Below, one piece after another: positions 1 to 8,734 of a stretch of DNA of 21,623 bases. The DNA is from an uncultured Janthinobacterium sp. (lineage in GTDB: Bacteria; Vulcanimicrobiota; Vulcanimicrobiia; Vulcanimicrobiales; Vulcanimicrobiaceae): the NCBI GenBank assembly GCA_964658025.1, contig CAZZXB010000042.1, positions 1-21,623 of the forward strand, written 5' to 3'. Both the position numbers and the translations under genes were made by a program. Numbering within the stretch: the first letter of the stretch is position 1; every line of letters begins with the position of its first letter. Below the pieces are notes generated by a model, which saw only the letters and a program-made list of their open reading frames with translations, made no database searches and was not told where the DNA came from.

Positions 1-2
1 TC

Positions 3-395
3 ACCGAACTCCGCGGGCGGATCGCGCGCAATCCGCGCGATCTCGGCGCGATCGTCAACCTCGCGAATCTGTACTTCGACGCCGCGAAGTATCCGCAAGC
101 GATCGCGTACTATCGCCGCGCGCTCGCGCTCGATCCCGAAAACCCCGACACGCGGACCGATTACGCGACGGCGCTCCACGCGACGGGCGATGATCTCACC
201 GCGATCCGCGAACTCGAAGCCGTCCTCGCGAAGCGCCCCGATTTCATCGAAGCGCTCTTCAACGAAGGCATCGTCGCCAACGCCATCGGTCGCCGATCGG
301 AAGCGGTTACGGCGTTCCGACGATTTCTCAAGGTCGCGCCCTCGGACCAACGTGCCGGAGACGCGCGCGCCGCCCTGCACAACCTCGGAGCATGA
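3..395 (+). CDS. TPR-repeat protein, 3' part (5' end outside the window)
   Basis: Manual frame-3 translation: TELRGRIARNPRDLGAIVNLANLYFDAAKYPQAIAYYRRALALDPENPDTRTDYATAL...EALFNEG...AVTAFRRFLKVAP...HNLGA, stop TGA 393-395. Typical TPR spacing (A..YY.RAL.LDP). Not in the ORF track. Confidence 0.85.
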   Translation, partial: TELRGRIARNPRDLGAIVNLANLYFDAAKYPQAIAYYRRALALDPENPDTRTDYATALHATGDDLTAIRELEAVLAKRPDFIEALFNEGIVANAIGRRSEAVTAFRRFLKVAPSDQRAGDARAALHNLGA

Positions 396-402
396 CGACA
401 CG

Positions 403-1236
403 ATGAAACTCTACATCAGCGCGGATATGGAAGGGACGGCGGCCGTCTCGTCGTGGACGCAAGTCGATCCCTCGAACGCGACCGAGTATCCGTACTATCG
501 CCGCCTCATGTCGCAGGAAGTTCGTGCCGCGATCGACGGCGCGCGCGCGGCGGGCGCGACCGACGTGCTCGTCAACGACTCGCATTCGTCGATGCGCAAC
601 GTCCTGTGGGACGAGATGCCGGACGACATCCGGATGATCTACGGCAATCGCAAACCGCTCTCGATGAGCGAGGGCATCGATTCCACGTTCGGCGCGGCGT
701 TCTTCACGGGCTACCACGCGGGCGCGGGCGAAGTCGACGGCGCGCTCGATCACACGTATTCGCCGGAGACGCTGTACGCCGTGCGCGTCAACGGCATACG
801 GTGCAGCGAGGCGCTCCTCAACGCGGCGACGCTCGGAAGTTTCGGCGTCCCGGTCGCCCTCGTGACGGGCGATCGCACCGCGTGCGCCGGTGCGAGAGCG
901 CACATGCCGTGGATCGAAACGGCGATCACGAAACACTCGATCGGCCATTATTCGGTCGACTCGATCTCGCCCGAAGCGGCGCGCGCCGCGATCCGCACGG
1001 CCGCCCGCGCGGCGATCGAGAACGTGGACCGCATGAAGCCGTTCGTTTTCGAACCGCCGATCGCACTCGAGATCGATTTCGTCGGCACGCGTCACGCCGA
1101 TTTCGTCGAGCTCATACCGGGGTTCGAACGGATCGGCGGCCGAACGGTGCGGTTCGTGCACGACGAGTACCGCACGGTTTTCCGCGCGTTCGTCGCGGCG
1201 TTCCGCTTGGGCGGCGCCGCGAACGCTCCCGTCTGA
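403..1236 (+). CDS. dppA: D-aminopeptidase, peptidase family M55 (DppA-like)
   Basis: ATG at 403 (MKLYISADMEG). M55 zinc/catalytic motifs SADMEG, NDSH, GYHA, DHT and SE are present; 277 aa. Confidence 0.92.
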   Translation: MKLYISADMEGTAAVSSWTQVDPSNATEYPYYRRLMSQEVRAAIDGARAAGATDVLVNDSHSSMRNVLWDEMPDDIRMIYGNRKPLSMSEGIDSTFGAAFFTGYHAGAGEVDGALDHTYSPETLYAVRVNGIRCSEALLNAATLGSFGVPVALVTGDRTACAGARAHMPWIETAITKHSIGHYSVDSISPEAARAAIRTAARAAIENVDRMKPFVFEPPIALEIDFVGTRHADFVELIPGFERIGGRTVRFVHDEYRTVFRAFVAAFRLGGAANAPV

Positions 1237-1238
1237 CC

Positions 1239-2030
1239 GTGCGCGTCGCGTATCAGGGCGAACCCGGTGCGTTCAGCGACGACGCCGCGCGCACGCTCGT
1301 CGCGGGCGCCGAAACGCTCGGCTGCGGGACGTTCGACGCCGCGGTCGACGCGCTGCGCGACGGTCGCGTCGATTTCGCCGCGTTACCCGTCGAGAACTCG
1401 ATCTCGGGACCCGTGCCCCGCGTCTACGAATTGTTGTGGAGCGACGCGCGCCTCTCGATCGTGGACGAACTCGTCTACCGCGTCGTTCAGAACGCGATCG
1501 GTCTTCCGGGCGCGACGCTCGCCGAGATGCGCGAGATCCGCTCGCATCCCGTCGCGCTCGAGCAGTGCCGGACGTTTCTCGCCGAGCACGATCACGCGAC
1601 GAGCACGATCGTCGCGGACACCGCGGGCGCGGTGCGGGCGATCGTCGAGGAAGGCGATCCGCGCGTCGGCGCGATCGCGTCGGCGCTCGCGGCCGAACGT
1701 TACGGCGCGACGATCCTCGCGCGCGGCATCCAAGACGTCGCCGACAACTTCACGCGCTTCTTCCTCCTGCAACGCGACGCGCCGCCCGTCTCGGAACCGG
1801 CGCGCGCGTGCATCGCGCTCTCGCTCGAGAACGTCCCGGGCGCGCTCCACCGCGCGCTCGGCGCGCTCGCCGCGGCCGGACTCGATCTGCGCACGCTCGT
1901 CTCGCGCCCGTCGCTCGAGCGACCGTTCACGTATCGCTTCTACTGCGAGATCGCGCCCGTCACGCGCGACGGGCTAACGAGCGCGCTCGCGCGGATCGAA
2001 GGCTCAGCGCGCGTCCTCGGTCATTACTGA
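1239..2030 (+). CDS. pheA: Prephenate dehydratase (PDT + ACT domain)
   Basis: GTG at 1239, 2 nt after the dppA stop. Motifs VAYQGEPGAFS, LPVENS, SHPVALEQC, catalytic NFTRF, and ACT-domain PGAL...SRP; 263 aa. Confidence 0.92.
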   Translation: MRVAYQGEPGAFSDDAARTLVAGAETLGCGTFDAAVDALRDGRVDFAALPVENSISGPVPRVYELLWSDARLSIVDELVYRVVQNAIGLPGATLAEMREIRSHPVALEQCRTFLAEHDHATSTIVADTAGAVRAIVEEGDPRVGAIASALAAERYGATILARGIQDVADNFTRFFLLQRDAPPVSEPARACIALSLENVPGALHRALGALAAAGLDLRTLVSRPSLERPFTYRFYCEIAPVTRDGLTSALARIEGSARVLGHY

Positions 2031-3364
2031 ACGACGGCCTTCTCCGCAGCCATCTTCTCGCCCGACGGGAGGCCTTCGCGATCGGCCGCGCGACGCTCGC
2101 CGAGTTTCGAGTACACGCGGAGTTCGGCGATATCGCGCGCGAACGCGAGTCCGAGCAGCCAGTCGAAGGCGACGCGCAGGCGTCGGTCGAGGCCCGGCAA
2201 GCGGAACAGATAATAGGTGCGCCACAACACCCACGCGGGAAAGCCCGTGATGAGGAATTTCCCGCGCAATCCGGCGACGCCGCGACGCGCGCCGAGCGAC
2301 GCCATCATCCCGAGCGAGTCGAAGCGGAACGCGTGCGTGTGTTCGCCTCGGAGCACGGCCGCGATGTTCTCCGCGAGACGCGGCCCTTCGCGCAACGCGT
2401 GTTGCGCCGTCGGAGGATAGTAGCCGCCGTCGGGGTTCGGCACGGCGGCGCAATCGCCGAGCGCCCATACGCCCGGATGGTTCGGCACCGAAAAATCGTG
2501 CTGGACGGGGATCGAGCCGCCGCGCCCCGTTCCGATCGCGAGCGCGGCGACGACGGGCGACGGTTTCACGCCGGCACTCCAAACGATCGTCGCCGTTTCC
2601 AGTAACGTCCCGTCTTTGAGGCGCAGGCCCCGCGCGTCGGCGCTCTCGACCATGTTGCCGAGCATCACGACGACGCCGCCGTGGGCGAGCGCCGTCGCGC
2701 TGTACTCGCCCATCCCCGCCTGCAGGTCGGGCAATAATTTCCGACCACCCTCGACGAGCGTCACGACGACTTCGCCCGTTCGGATCGACGGATAGAAGCG
2801 CAGCGAACTACGGAAGAAATCGGCCATCTCGCCCGCCGCTTCGACGCCCGTGAACCCGCCGCCGACGAACACGAACGAGAGGAGGCGACGGCGCTCGTCG
2901 GGATCGGTCTCGACCGCCGCGAGCTCGAGCATCGCGATGATGTGGTTGCGCAGGCGATCGGCGTCTTCGAGCGTTTTGTACGGTAACGAATATTCTTCGA
3001 TGCCCGGCAAGTTGAAGGTCGAGGTCACCGAGCCGAGCGCGAACACGAGTTGGTCGTACGCAAGGCTGACGTGCGTTCCGAGGATCGTGTGCTCGACGTC
3101 GACGCGCCTCGCTTCGAGATCGACGCCCGTCACGTCGCCGAGCACGAACGACGTGCGCTTGAGTTGCGCGCGGACGGGGGTGACGACGTGCCGCGTTTCG
3201 AGATTTCCCGAGCCGACCTCCGGCAACATCGGCGTGAAGAGCGAGAAGTTCTCGCGACTCACGAGCGAGATCTCGGCTTCGTCGTCGCGCAAGATCGCCT
3301 CGAGACGACGCGCGGTCGCGAGTCCCGCGAAGCCGCCTCCGAGAATAACGATGCGTGCAGCCAT
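2024..3364 (-). CDS. ndh: Type II NADH:quinone oxidoreductase (NDH-2 family FAD-dependent oxidoreductase)
   Basis: ATG at 3364 after GAGGGAGGG. Motifs IVILGGGFAG, LFTPMLPEV, VGGGFTGVE, WSAGV, ALGDCA, PPTAQHA and C-terminal WVLWRTYYL; 446 aa. 3' end overlaps pheA by 7 nt. Confidence 0.88.
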   Translation of the reverse strand: MAARIVILGGGFAGLATARRLEAILRDDEAEISLVSRENFSLFTPMLPEVGSGNLETRHVVTPVRAQLKRTSFVLGDVTGVDLEARRVDVEHTILGTHVSLAYDQLVFALGSVTSTFNLPGIEEYSLPYKTLEDADRLRNHIIAMLELAAVETDPDERRRLLSFVFVGGGFTGVEAAGEMADFFRSSLRFYPSIRTGEVVVTLVEGGRKLLPDLQAGMGEYSATALAHGGVVVMLGNMVESADARGLRLKDGTLLETATIVWSAGVKPSPVVAALAIGTGRGGSIPVQHDFSVPNHPGVWALGDCAAVPNPDGGYYPPTAQHALREGPRLAENIAAVLRGEHTHAFRFDSLGMMASLGARRGVAGLRGKFLITGFPAWVLWRTYYLFRLPGLDRRLRVAFDWLLGLAFARDIAELRVYSKLGERRAADREGLPSGEKMAAEKAVVQ

Positions 3365-3389
3365 GCCCTCCCTCACTTCTATCGGTCGA

Positions 3390-3527
3390 TCAGCGCGGAC
3401 GCCCGAACCAATCGATCCAAGGATGCCACAAAATGAGCGCCCACGCGAGCGACAAAGCGAAAAGCGCGACCCACAGCGCTCGTTCGATGACGCGCGAGCG
3501 TCGCGTGCGCGGCTCAGGCTCCGGCAA
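3390..3527 (-). CDS. Putative 45-aa single-pass membrane protein
   Basis: Manual translation from TTG at 3527: MPEPEPRTRRSRVIERALWVALFALSLAWALILWHPWIDWFGRPR*. Basic N-segment, about 18 hydrophobic residues, Trp-rich end. Fills the gap between the amidase-like gene and ndh on the same strand. Confidence 0.6.
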   Translation of the reverse strand: MPEPEPRTRRSRVIERALWVALFALSLAWALILWHPWIDWFGRPR

Positions 3528-3533
3528 GAAACT

Positions 3534-4094
3534 TCATTCCGCGACGCGCGCGAACGCGCGAATCCGCGCGCGCAGAAGATCGCCCGTCGCGCGGGCGTCG
3601 GAGGCGACGAGCGGCGCGTTACTCGGTACGAGACGCGCGATGTCCCAGCGTTCGTCCTCGCCGCAACCGAAGTAGCCGTCGGCGACCGCCGCCTCCGCGT
3701 GCGTGAGGACGGACGATCCGTCGATCGCGATCGCGTAACGCGCGCAGATGCGCGCGACGGTCGCGCACATCGCGTCGAGCGCGTCGTCGCGAAGCGGATA
3801 CGCGCCGAAATCGGTCGGCGTGGCGCCCGCCATCGCGCAGATCGACACGCCGATCGCATACGAATTACGACCGCGAGTGTGCGCGGCATACGGCAGATCG
3901 GGCGCCGCACGCACGTCGCGCAGGTTCTCGCGCACGTCGTGCGTCGCGACGACGCGCGGCCCGCCGCGGCGGTCGCGCGCGATGCAGAAATGATACGCGG
4001 GAAAGGTCGTCGCCTCGTCGTGGCCCGTCCAATGCAGGTACACGAAGCGCGCGTCGCCGTCCGGGAGTTCGGTCGCGCTGGGGAGCGCGGTCAC
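3534..4094 (-). CDS. N-acetylmuramoyl-L-alanine amidase-like protein (Amidase_2/PGRP fold)
   Basis: Probable GTG at 4094. Motifs YLHWT, AYHF, AHTRGRNSYAIGVSIC, VLTHAE and ERWD match the amidase_2/T7-lysozyme pattern; 186 aa; no signal peptide. Start is uncertain. Confidence 0.75.
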   Translation of the reverse strand: MTALPSATELPDGDARFVYLHWTGHDEATTFPAYHFCIARDRRGGPRVVATHDVRENLRDVRAAPDLPYAAHTRGRNSYAIGVSICAMAGATPTDFGAYPLRDDALDAMCATVARICARYAIAIDGSSVLTHAEAAVADGYFGCGEDERWDIARLVPSNAPLVASDARATGDLLRARIRAFARVAE

Positions 4095-4115
4095 TCGGTC
4101 GCGAACCCACGAGAC

Positions 4116-4994
4116 GTGAACGATCCGTCGCATCCCGAGCAAGAACCGCGCCCCGAGCGTCCCGTCGAAGGCGAATATCTCGCGCCGGATCCCGCGGAGA
4201 GAGCGTCGGGCCGCAACTGGCGCGCCGCGGGCGGCACGGCGGTCGGCTTCGGCTTGCTCGCGGCCAAGTTCAAAGGGCTGCTCGTCGCTCTGCTCAACTT
4301 CAAATTTCTCCTCTTCGGAGGCAAGTATCTCTGGACGGCGATCACGTTCGCGCTCTCCGTCTGGACGTACACGCTCTTCTTCGGTTTCAAATTCGCGCTC
4401 GTGTTCGTCTTGCTCATCCTCATTCACGAAGTGGGTCACGCACTCTTCATCCGCGGCTTCGGTCTCGCGGCGCCGAACATCACGTTCGTTCCCCTGCTCG
4501 GCGCGTTCACGAGTTGGCACGGTGAGGTGCGATCGGGATTCGAGCGCTCGATCATCGCGTACGGCGGTCCGCTCTTGGGCACGCTCGGGGCCGCGGCGTG
4601 CTTCGCGTACGGTTTCGTGACGAACGAGCCGTTCTGGTACGCGTGCGCGTACACGGCGTTCTTCCTGAACCTCTTCAACATGATCCCGATGGGGATGTTC
4701 GACGGCGCGCGGATCGTCGCGCCGATCCCGCGTCCGTTATGGATCGGCGGATTCGTCACGGTCGGCGTCGCGGCGGTCGCGTTCCACTGGTTCAGTCCGC
4801 TCTTGCTCTTGATCCTCATCCTGAGCGTGCCGCACACGATCGCGATCTGGCGCGCGGGCGCGACCGCCGATCCCACCGTCTCCGACGGCCAACGGATGGC
4901 GATCTCGCTCGCATATTTCGGCCTGCTCGCCGTGCAACTCGCGGGCGTCGTCCTCTCGCACGTCACGCTCCCCGGACGCTCCGCCCTCTCGTGA
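4116..4994 (+). CDS. Site-2 protease family intramembrane metalloprotease (M50)
   Basis: Probable GTG at 4116. HExxH (IHEVGH), FVPLLGA, GGP and NxxPxxxxDG (NMIPMGMFDG) in a multi-TM protein. Confidence 0.9.
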   Translation: MNDPSHPEQEPRPERPVEGEYLAPDPAERASGRNWRAAGGTAVGFGLLAAKFKGLLVALLNFKFLLFGGKYLWTAITFALSVWTYTLFFGFKFALVFVLLILIHEVGHALFIRGFGLAAPNITFVPLLGAFTSWHGEVRSGFERSIIAYGGPLLGTLGAAACFAYGFVTNEPFWYACAYTAFFLNLFNMIPMGMFDGARIVAPIPRPLWIGGFVTVGVAAVAFHWFSPLLLLILILSVPHTIAIWRAGATADPTVSDGQRMAISLAYFGLLAVQLAGVVLSHVTLPGRSALS

Positions 4995-6397
4995 GGGCGC
5001 GCGCCGTCGCGATCGCGATCGCGAGCGCGTTCCTCTTCGCGCGCCCCGCGCCGACGACGGGACCGCCGCTCCGCGATTTCGAGTCGTATTATGCTGCGGG
5101 GGCGACGTGGCGCTACCAGACCGATCCGTACGGTCGCGACGTCTGGCGCGTGGAACGGACGATCCCGGGCGTCGTCGCGACGCGCGACGAACTGCTCCCC
5201 TTCGTCGGGCCGCCGTTCGGACTGCCGCTCTGGAGCGCGATCTCGCGCCTCACGTGGACCGACGCCGTCCGCCTCGGGATCGCGGCGAGCGTCGTCGCGA
5301 TCTCCGCCCTCGTGTTTGCGGGGCTTCGGCTCGCGCGCGGACGGTGCGATACGATCGACACGATCGGCGCGTGTGCGTTCGCGGCCGGCTTCGGACCGCT
5401 CACGAGCGCGGCCGCGCTCGGTCAGGTGGCGCTCGCGTCGTGCGCCGCGATCGCGCTCGCGCCCCTCGCGCTCGGACCGGGCTTCGTCGCGGCCGCGTTC
5501 GCGATCGCCCTCGTCGCCGCGCTCCAACCCAATCTCGCGCTCCCGCTCGCCGCGCTCCTAAGCACGCGGCGTGCGGCGATCGCGTACGTGTCGGCGGGGC
5601 TCGTCGTCGTCGGCGGCTCCGCGCTCGTGATGACGGAATCCGGCGGTTTCCGTGCGTATCTCGACGTACTCGGCGCGCACGGCGCGGCCGAACGCTTCAT
5701 CGCCATACAAACGACGCCGTCGGCCGTCGCCCGCGCGCTCGGGGCGAGCGCCGCGGTCGCCGGCACGATCGCGCTCGGGATCGCCGTGCTCGCGTCCGTC
5801 GTCGTCCTCGTCCAGTGGGCGTCGCGTCGCTACGACGGCACCGCGCGCCTCGCGCTCGCTTCGGTCGCGCTTCCGCTCGCGCTCCCGTTCGCGCACGAAC
5901 ACGATCTCACGATCGCGTTCGTCCCCGCGATCGTCGTCCTGCGACGCGCGCGCGGCATCACGTGGGTCGTCGCGACGTGCGGCGCGCTCGCGATCGCCGT
6001 CGACTGGCTCGGACTCGCGCAGCGTCCGACGGGCGCGCTCGAAACGACGCTCCTGACGTTCGGCGCGGCGCTCGCGGCGGTCGCGTTCGCGCGAAGCCCG
6101 ATCCGACCGTATCATTTCGTCCCGTGTCTCGTTCCGCTCGTCGTCGCGGTCGTCGCGACGATCGCCGCACGCGATCCGCTTCCCACCTGGCCGGACGGTT
6201 TAGGGCCGAACTTTCACGTTCCGGCGACGATGCCCGCACCCGAGGTCTGGGCACGCGAACAGCTCGCGAGCGGCGTCGCGACGTTACGCCCGCTGTGGGG
6301 CGCCCTCCGGCTCGTCTCGCTGCTGGGTTGCGCCACGCTCTGGGCCGCGGCGAGCCGCGCGCTCGCGACGCCGCGCGAACGATCGCCCGCGATCTGA
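4991..6397 (+). CDS. GT87/DUF2029-like polytopic membrane glycosyltransferase (GT-C)
   Basis: GTGA overlap with the M50 stop. N-terminal DFESYYAAG...DPY...PFVGPP, later LGQ and HEHD, and many TM segments; 468 aa. Confidence 0.65.
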   Translation: MRARAVAIAIASAFLFARPAPTTGPPLRDFESYYAAGATWRYQTDPYGRDVWRVERTIPGVVATRDELLPFVGPPFGLPLWSAISRLTWTDAVRLGIAASVVAISALVFAGLRLARGRCDTIDTIGACAFAAGFGPLTSAAALGQVALASCAAIALAPLALGPGFVAAAFAIALVAALQPNLALPLAALLSTRRAAIAYVSAGLVVVGGSALVMTESGGFRAYLDVLGAHGAAERFIAIQTTPSAVARALGASAAVAGTIALGIAVLASVVVLVQWASRRYDGTARLALASVALPLALPFAHEHDLTIAFVPAIVVLRRARGITWVVATCGALAIAVDWLGLAQRPTGALETTLLTFGAALAAVAFARSPIRPYHFVPCLVPLVVAVVATIAARDPLPTWPDGLGPNFHVPATMPAPEVWAREQLASGVATLRPLWGALRLVSLLGCATLWAAASRALATPRERSPAI

Positions 6398-6444
6398 CGG
6401 GGATCGCGGGCCGTTCCCGTTACGAAGCGGAGCCGGGTTCCGCT
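6385..6444. terminator. Two GC-rich hairpins between convergent genes
   Basis: GCCCGCGATC-tgacggg-GATCGCGGGC (6385-6411, 10-bp stem) and AGCGGAGC-cgg-GTTCCGCT (6426-6444). No clear U-tract. Confidence 0.35.
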
Positions 6445-6505
6445 CGCGATCCGACGGATTTCGAAGACGGACTCGCGTCCGACTCCGCCGCCCGTCGCCC
6501 GTCGC

Positions 6506-7039
6506 TCAGGGCGCGGACGTCGCGGTCGCGCTCGGGAGCTTTTTCCACGCGGCGTCGACCGCCGGCGGCAACTTGTCCATCCGCTTCACGAACATCGCGA
6601 TCTTCCAGAGGTCGTCGGATTGGATCGTCTTCTCGAACGACGGCATCGCGGTGAAGCGGATCCCGTGCGCGAGTTTCCAGTACGTCATCGTTTCCGGATC
6701 GTCTTCGACGCCGTCTTTCGCGAGCTGCGGCGCCTCGATGTAGAAACCCTGAGCGAGCTTCGACGGCTTGGCATCGCTCGCGCCGTGACACACCGAACAG
6801 TTCTCGCCGTACAGCCGCACGCCGACGAGTAGGTTCTCGTCGGTCGGCTGCTGCGGATTCGAAAGCGAGACCATCTCGCGCGCGAGCGTCGCGTGAAGCG
6901 ATTTTTTCGCCGCCCACTCCTCGAGCGCCGGGGGTTTCACGTCGGCGCCCGACGGGACCGCCCCGAGCAGGACCGCCGCGACTCCCGCCGCCGCCAACAG
7001 GGCGACGGTAAAGACGATGCCGTTGATGAATGCGCGCAC
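6506..7039 (-). CDS. Membrane-anchored monoheme c-type cytochrome
   Basis: GTG start after GAGGAG. N-terminal TM/signal segment, CSVCH heme motif and distal Met in TAMPSF; 177 aa. Confidence 0.92.
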   Translation of the reverse strand: MRAFINGIVFTVALLAAAGVAAVLLGAVPSGADVKPPALEEWAAKKSLHATLAREMVSLSNPQQPTDENLLVGVRLYGENCSVCHGASDAKPSKLAQGFYIEAPQLAKDGVEDDPETMTYWKLAHGIRFTAMPSFEKTIQSDDLWKIAMFVKRMDKLPPAVDAAWKKLPSATATSAP

Positions 7040-7048
7040 GGGGGCTCC

Positions 7049-8686
7049 TCAGATATCCACGTTCATCATATCGTCGAACGGCGATACGGAATTGGGATGC
7101 CAACCTTTGAGGTCGTCGTTATACCCGGCGAGTTGCGTCCGGACGTCCAGCACGATCGACGGGACGCCTGCGACGAACCGCCGCTGGACGGTGTCGATGA
7201 GTTTTTTCCGCACGGCGGGATCGTAACTCCGTTGCGCGGCGGCCATCGCGGCATCCGCCGCCGGGTCGCACCAACGCATGTCGTTCTGTCCGTTCGGCGG
7301 GAAGCGATTGCACGCGTAGAGATTGGAGAGGTCCGCGGTCGGATCGGAACCCCAGCCGAAAACGACGACGTCGAACTTTCCGCCGTAGATCACGCCGCCG
7401 TCGGCGGCCGGGGCGAAGAATTGCGCGGCGAGATAATGCTTCACGGTGAACTCGACGCCGACTTGCTTCCACCAGCCGCGGATGAGCTCGATCTCGGTGT
7501 CCGTATCCTGATTGCCCGTCGACGTCGCGAACTCGACGCTCAAGCGTCGGCCGTTTTTGACGCGCACGCCGTCGGCGCCCCGCTTCCAACCCGCGGCGTC
7601 CAGCATCGCGTTCGCCTTGGCGATGTCGAACGGAACGAGCGGGAGGTCGAGATGGTACGGCGTCGCGGCGTTGAGCGGCGTCTCGCTCGCCGTGTAGAGC
7701 CCGTGTTGGATCTTGCGGATCAGCGTCGGGCGGTCGGTCGCGTAGCGGAGCGCTTCTCGGACCACCGGGTCCGCGAAAACCGGACGCTTCAAATTGAAAT
7801 CGAGATGATCGAACGTGTACTCCGGCACCCTCGACGTCGCGGTCGCGGGCAACGCGGCACTATCGGGGAAGTAGTGCGGCGAGATCGGAACCCATAAGTC
7901 GATATCGTGCGTCTGGAGCAGCCTCGCGACGACGTTACGATCCTGGACGAGCCGAAAGACGACGCGGTCGAGTTTGGGCCGACCGCGGAAGTAGCGGTCG
8001 TTCGCCACCAGCGTGACCGAATCGCCACGTTTCCACGATTCGTACTTGAACGGCCCGAGACCGACCGGTAACGAATTGTACGGGACGTTATTGAGGTCCG
8101 GATATTTATCGAGCAGGTGTTTTGGTAGGATCGCCGGATTCGCTCCGGCCGAACTGAAGAACGTGACCGCATACGACGAATACGGCTTCTTGAGATGATA
8201 CCTGACCGTGTATTTATCGGGCTCGTCGATCTTGTCGATGAGTTCCCAACCGTCCGTGCTGATGACGTTGTTCTTGGGATTGAGGACCTGTTTCGTCGAG
8301 AAGACGACGTCGTCGGCGTCGAACGGAGCGCCGTCCGACCACCGGACGCCCTTGCGCAGATGGTACGTGATCGTCTTGCCGTCGGCGCTGATCCCGCCGT
8401 TCTTCTGCGTCGGGAGTTCCGTCGCGAGCTCGGGGACGCTGCCGTTTCCGGTCGCATCCGTCTTGATGAGATAGCCCATCGTCATCGACGCGAGATAGAG
8501 TTCGTAGATCGTCTCTCCGACCAGCGGGTTGAGTTGCTGGATATCCGACGCCGCCGAGAATCGCAATTCGTGCGGGTGCGTGTACGGATGGCGGCCGCCC
8601 GAGTCGGAGCCGACTTTCGAACAACCGGCCGCAAAGGAAACGAGTGCGGCGACCGATGCGACCCGGCGAAGGGCGGTTAGCGGCAT
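7049..8686 (-). CDS. Peptide ABC transporter substrate-binding lipoprotein (family 5)
   Basis: Lipobox FAAGC; family-5 signature ISADGKTITYHLRKGVRWSDGAPFDADDVVFS; GLGPFK; 545 aa. Confidence 0.93.
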   Translation of the reverse strand: MPLTALRRVASVAALVSFAAGCSKVGSDSGGRHPYTHPHELRFSAASDIQQLNPLVGETIYELYLASMTMGYLIKTDATGNGSVPELATELPTQKNGGISADGKTITYHLRKGVRWSDGAPFDADDVVFSTKQVLNPKNNVISTDGWELIDKIDEPDKYTVRYHLKKPYSSYAVTFFSSAGANPAILPKHLLDKYPDLNNVPYNSLPVGLGPFKYESWKRGDSVTLVANDRYFRGRPKLDRVVFRLVQDRNVVARLLQTHDIDLWVPISPHYFPDSAALPATATSRVPEYTFDHLDFNLKRPVFADPVVREALRYATDRPTLIRKIQHGLYTASETPLNAATPYHLDLPLVPFDIAKANAMLDAAGWKRGADGVRVKNGRRLSVEFATSTGNQDTDTEIELIRGWWKQVGVEFTVKHYLAAQFFAPAADGGVIYGGKFDVVVFGWGSDPTADLSNLYACNRFPPNGQNDMRWCDPAADAAMAAAQRSYDPAVRKKLIDTVQRRFVAGVPSIVLDVRTQLAGYNDDLKGWHPNSVSPFDDMMNVDI

Positions 8687-8734
8687 ACGAATAGTCCCAT
8701 CCTCTTTCTCGTGGCGCGTGTCGTTACGGACGAA

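Noticed and set aside
3..395. TPR gene as the cytochrome c maturation factor CcmH/CycH
   Set aside because: TPR similarity is generic and the diagnostic N-terminus lies outside the window.
3534..3536. Selenocysteine recoding of the amidase TGA
   Set aside because: The TGA is at the domain end, not at a catalytic Cys position, and no convincing SECIS hairpin is visible.
3390..4094. Amidase + small TM ORF as a phage endolysin-holin cassette
   Set aside because: No phage genes nearby, host-like composition, and the pair is embedded in a run with ndh.
2850..4115. Long N-terminal extensions in the ORF track for dppA, pheA, ndh, M50, GT87, the amidase, the thioesterase and the 19926-20984 ORF
   Set aside because: They overlap neighbouring real genes; family motifs and RBS or stop overlaps point to the downstream starts used here.
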